Source: Ramazzottius varieornatus (taxonomy: Eukaryota; Animalia; Tardigrada). From it: a DNA stretch of 64,000 bases. The notes beneath the pieces are model-generated. The model was given only the letters and a program-made list of their open reading frames with translations. It made no database searches and was not told where the DNA came from. Location: the NCBI GenBank assembly GCA_001949185.1, contig BDGG01000004.1, forward strand, positions 3,293,267 through 3,357,266, in the 5' to 3' direction. The position numbers were made by a program, and so were the translations under genes. Positions within the stretch are counted from its first letter, which is position 1, and each line of letters starts with the position of its first letter. Shown here piece by piece: positions 62,262-64,000 of the stretch.

Positions 62262-64000
62262 ATGGCCGACGCTGGATTTTTCAGGGTAACTATTCTCTGT
62301 TGAATGCCTTTCTGAGAACGATGGCTTACGGTGTCTTTGCAGGGAACGAATAGCGAACAGGATACAAGATTTTCCGACAAACAAAAGAAACTTTTGAAGT
62401 CGATGAAGTTTGCGGATGTTTTGGCGGAGAAGGTACGGCTGCAAAGGTGGCCATTGTGGCCTTGTTTTCGTAACGATGACTTCTATTTCTAATGCAATGC
62501 TGTGTTTTAGAGCATGTCAGAAAAGCTTATTTATAGGTGGACTTCAAGAAAGTCAAGTTGGATACTCTCAAACCATGGATTGCTGGCCGCGTCAATGAAT
62601 TACTGGGCTTGGAGGACGAAGTGGTCGTCGAATATGTCTTCCAGCAGCTGGAAGAATCGGTAAGTAACGATGGATGACTTTAACCAAACCTGTCTTTCGC
62701 TATGCCTCTACATAGAGTCCGTTGTTCTGCTGTAGAAGGTGGATCCCAGGATGATGCAAATTAACCTCACGGGATTCCTGAACGGGAAGAACGCAAGAGT
62801 GTTTATGGAAGAGTTGTGGGATCTGTTGGTGAGCGCCCAAAGCAACCCATCTGGAATTCCTACAAAGCTGTTAGAAGCGAAGAAGGTTGAGCTGAGGGAG
62901 CGGGAATTGGAACATGGCAGAGTTTCGGCAGCTATAAAGAAAACAAAGGACTCCATTGATCAGCTTACTCAGAAAACTATTGAGGACTCTCCTGCAGCGG
63001 CGCCAAAGTAATCCCGAATTTCATTTCAACTTTTCCAAATGTGAAAGTCTCTCGTAATCTTCTCGCTTACATATCGGTAGAAATATAAGCTTTATAAAAG
63101 CCTTGTTTCTTTCATTTCCATCACGAGAAAGAATTTTTTGTATTTGTAGAAACATTTTCTGAGTTCGTGATGTTTGTTGGTTGTAGGAACGACAGAGGAG
63201 GCGGAAATGACCAGAACGGCCGAAACAACCGAAGAGACAGCCCCATGATCAGACAGCAGGGTCGTTCACCACCCCGTCGGGATAGACCGCGATCTCCTCT
63301 TCGTTCATTCCGACGCAGTCCACCTAGGCGAGATGCTCGGAGAAGTGTGTCAAGAGAAAGAGACAACCAACCTCTCGCACGCAAACGTTCTCCTCCTCCA
63401 AGAACTGCTCGATCCCCACCATCGAGGGGACGCAAAGCTTCACCGTCACCTCCAGCAGCCAATAGACAAAGAAGCCCTGTCCGTGGGCAGAAAAATGCAA
63501 CTCGTAAGAGGTCTCCAAGCACTAGCCGCAGTCCTTCACCGAGAAACAACCGCCGTCCCTTGCCAAATCGAAGGAGCACTTCTCCCAGACAGAATAACCG
63601 AGCACCTCCACGTCGAAGCCCATCAGTGGACAAGAAAAGCCCACCGCGGAAACAACGTTCCCCCAGCTCATCCTCCAGTCGGTCTCGTTCTCCCGTTAGG
63701 AAGAATAATGACGCCAACAGCAAGAAAGAGTCGGTGGTCGATCGGCTGCGCAGTTTGGCACAAGGTGGTGGTGTTGGAAGCGAAAATGGTCAAGCCAGAC
63801 GGTAAGAGCCAGAGTACTGGCAGAGTATGAACAGATCGTGAAATGACAGCCAAAATGTTCTGTTTCAGAAGTCAGCCCGTATCTCAGCCGCCGCGGAGGC
63901 GAAGTAGCTCGCCAGTAACCTCGAAGCGGACGGCAAGGCGTTCATCTTCGTCATCTTTGCCTTCGCCACCAAGAGCGAAGAACAATCGACGTCGCAGTCC
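62262..64000 (+). CDS. SRRM1: Serine/arginine repetitive matrix protein 1 (SRm160), 3' part beyond window
   Basis: MADAGFFRGTNSEQDTRFSDKQKKLLK, PWI domain LKPWIAGRVNELLGLEDEVVVEY..DPRMMQINLTGFLNGKNARVFMEELW, followed by RSP/RS repeats. Confidence 0.96.

Noticed and set aside
63121-63830. Long overlapping and antisense ORFs over the SRRM1 RS region (likewise over the Girdin and golgin-84 coiled coils)
   Set aside because: Shadow ORFs produced by low-complexity codon usage.
1223-64000. Apparent functional cluster of RNA/translation quality-control genes (DHX34, NEMF, mtRF1, SRRM1)
   Set aside because: Interspersed with unrelated genes on both strands; such housekeeping genes are common enough for chance co-occurrence, and there is no operon-like evidence.
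1-64000. CRISPR arrays, tRNA/rRNA, known miRNA or snRNA genes, transposase ORFs, horizontally transferred intronless genes
   Set aside because: None seen by eye and all recognised genes are intron-containing metazoan types. An Infernal/tRNAscan run would be needed to exclude small RNAs in the large introns.

Overview
Gene-dense eukaryotic (invertebrate metazoan, probably ecdysozoan; species not determinable from sequence alone) genomic window with mostly 60-150 nt GT-AG introns. No prokaryotic features, CRISPR arrays, rRNA or tRNA were recognised. I reconstructed 19 spliced protein-coding genes by eye: DHX34(-), TIMM21(+), SIAH(-), Girdin/Daple CCDC88(+), HLX/H2.0-like homeobox(+), an MLH3-like gene(-), SERHL(+), mitochondrial RF1(-), a CAP-G/NCAPG-like gene(+), SDR39U1(+), TMEM196-like(+), NEMF(-), golgin-84(+), an unknown secreted Pro/Tyr/Thr-rich protein(+), VPS11(+), Arrowhead/Lhx6-8(+), TMCO1(-), ABHD3-like(-) and SRRM1(+, runs off the window end). 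Twelve genes form six head-to-head pairs. Most notable points: (i) two apparently intact half-genes of chromosome-biology proteins within 9 kb, an MLH3 with all endonuclease metal motifs but no room for the N-terminal ATPase, and a CAP-G with only its N-terminal HEAT repeats, each associated with the same MITE-like family; (ii) an Hlx homeodomain with WYAN instead of WFQN; (iii) a recurrent TGTCATGT/ACATGACA promoter motif; (iv) the DHX34 Walker A motif split over 11- and 20-nt micro-exons. CDS coordinates span first to last codon including introns. Family assignments rest on remembered motifs, not database searches.
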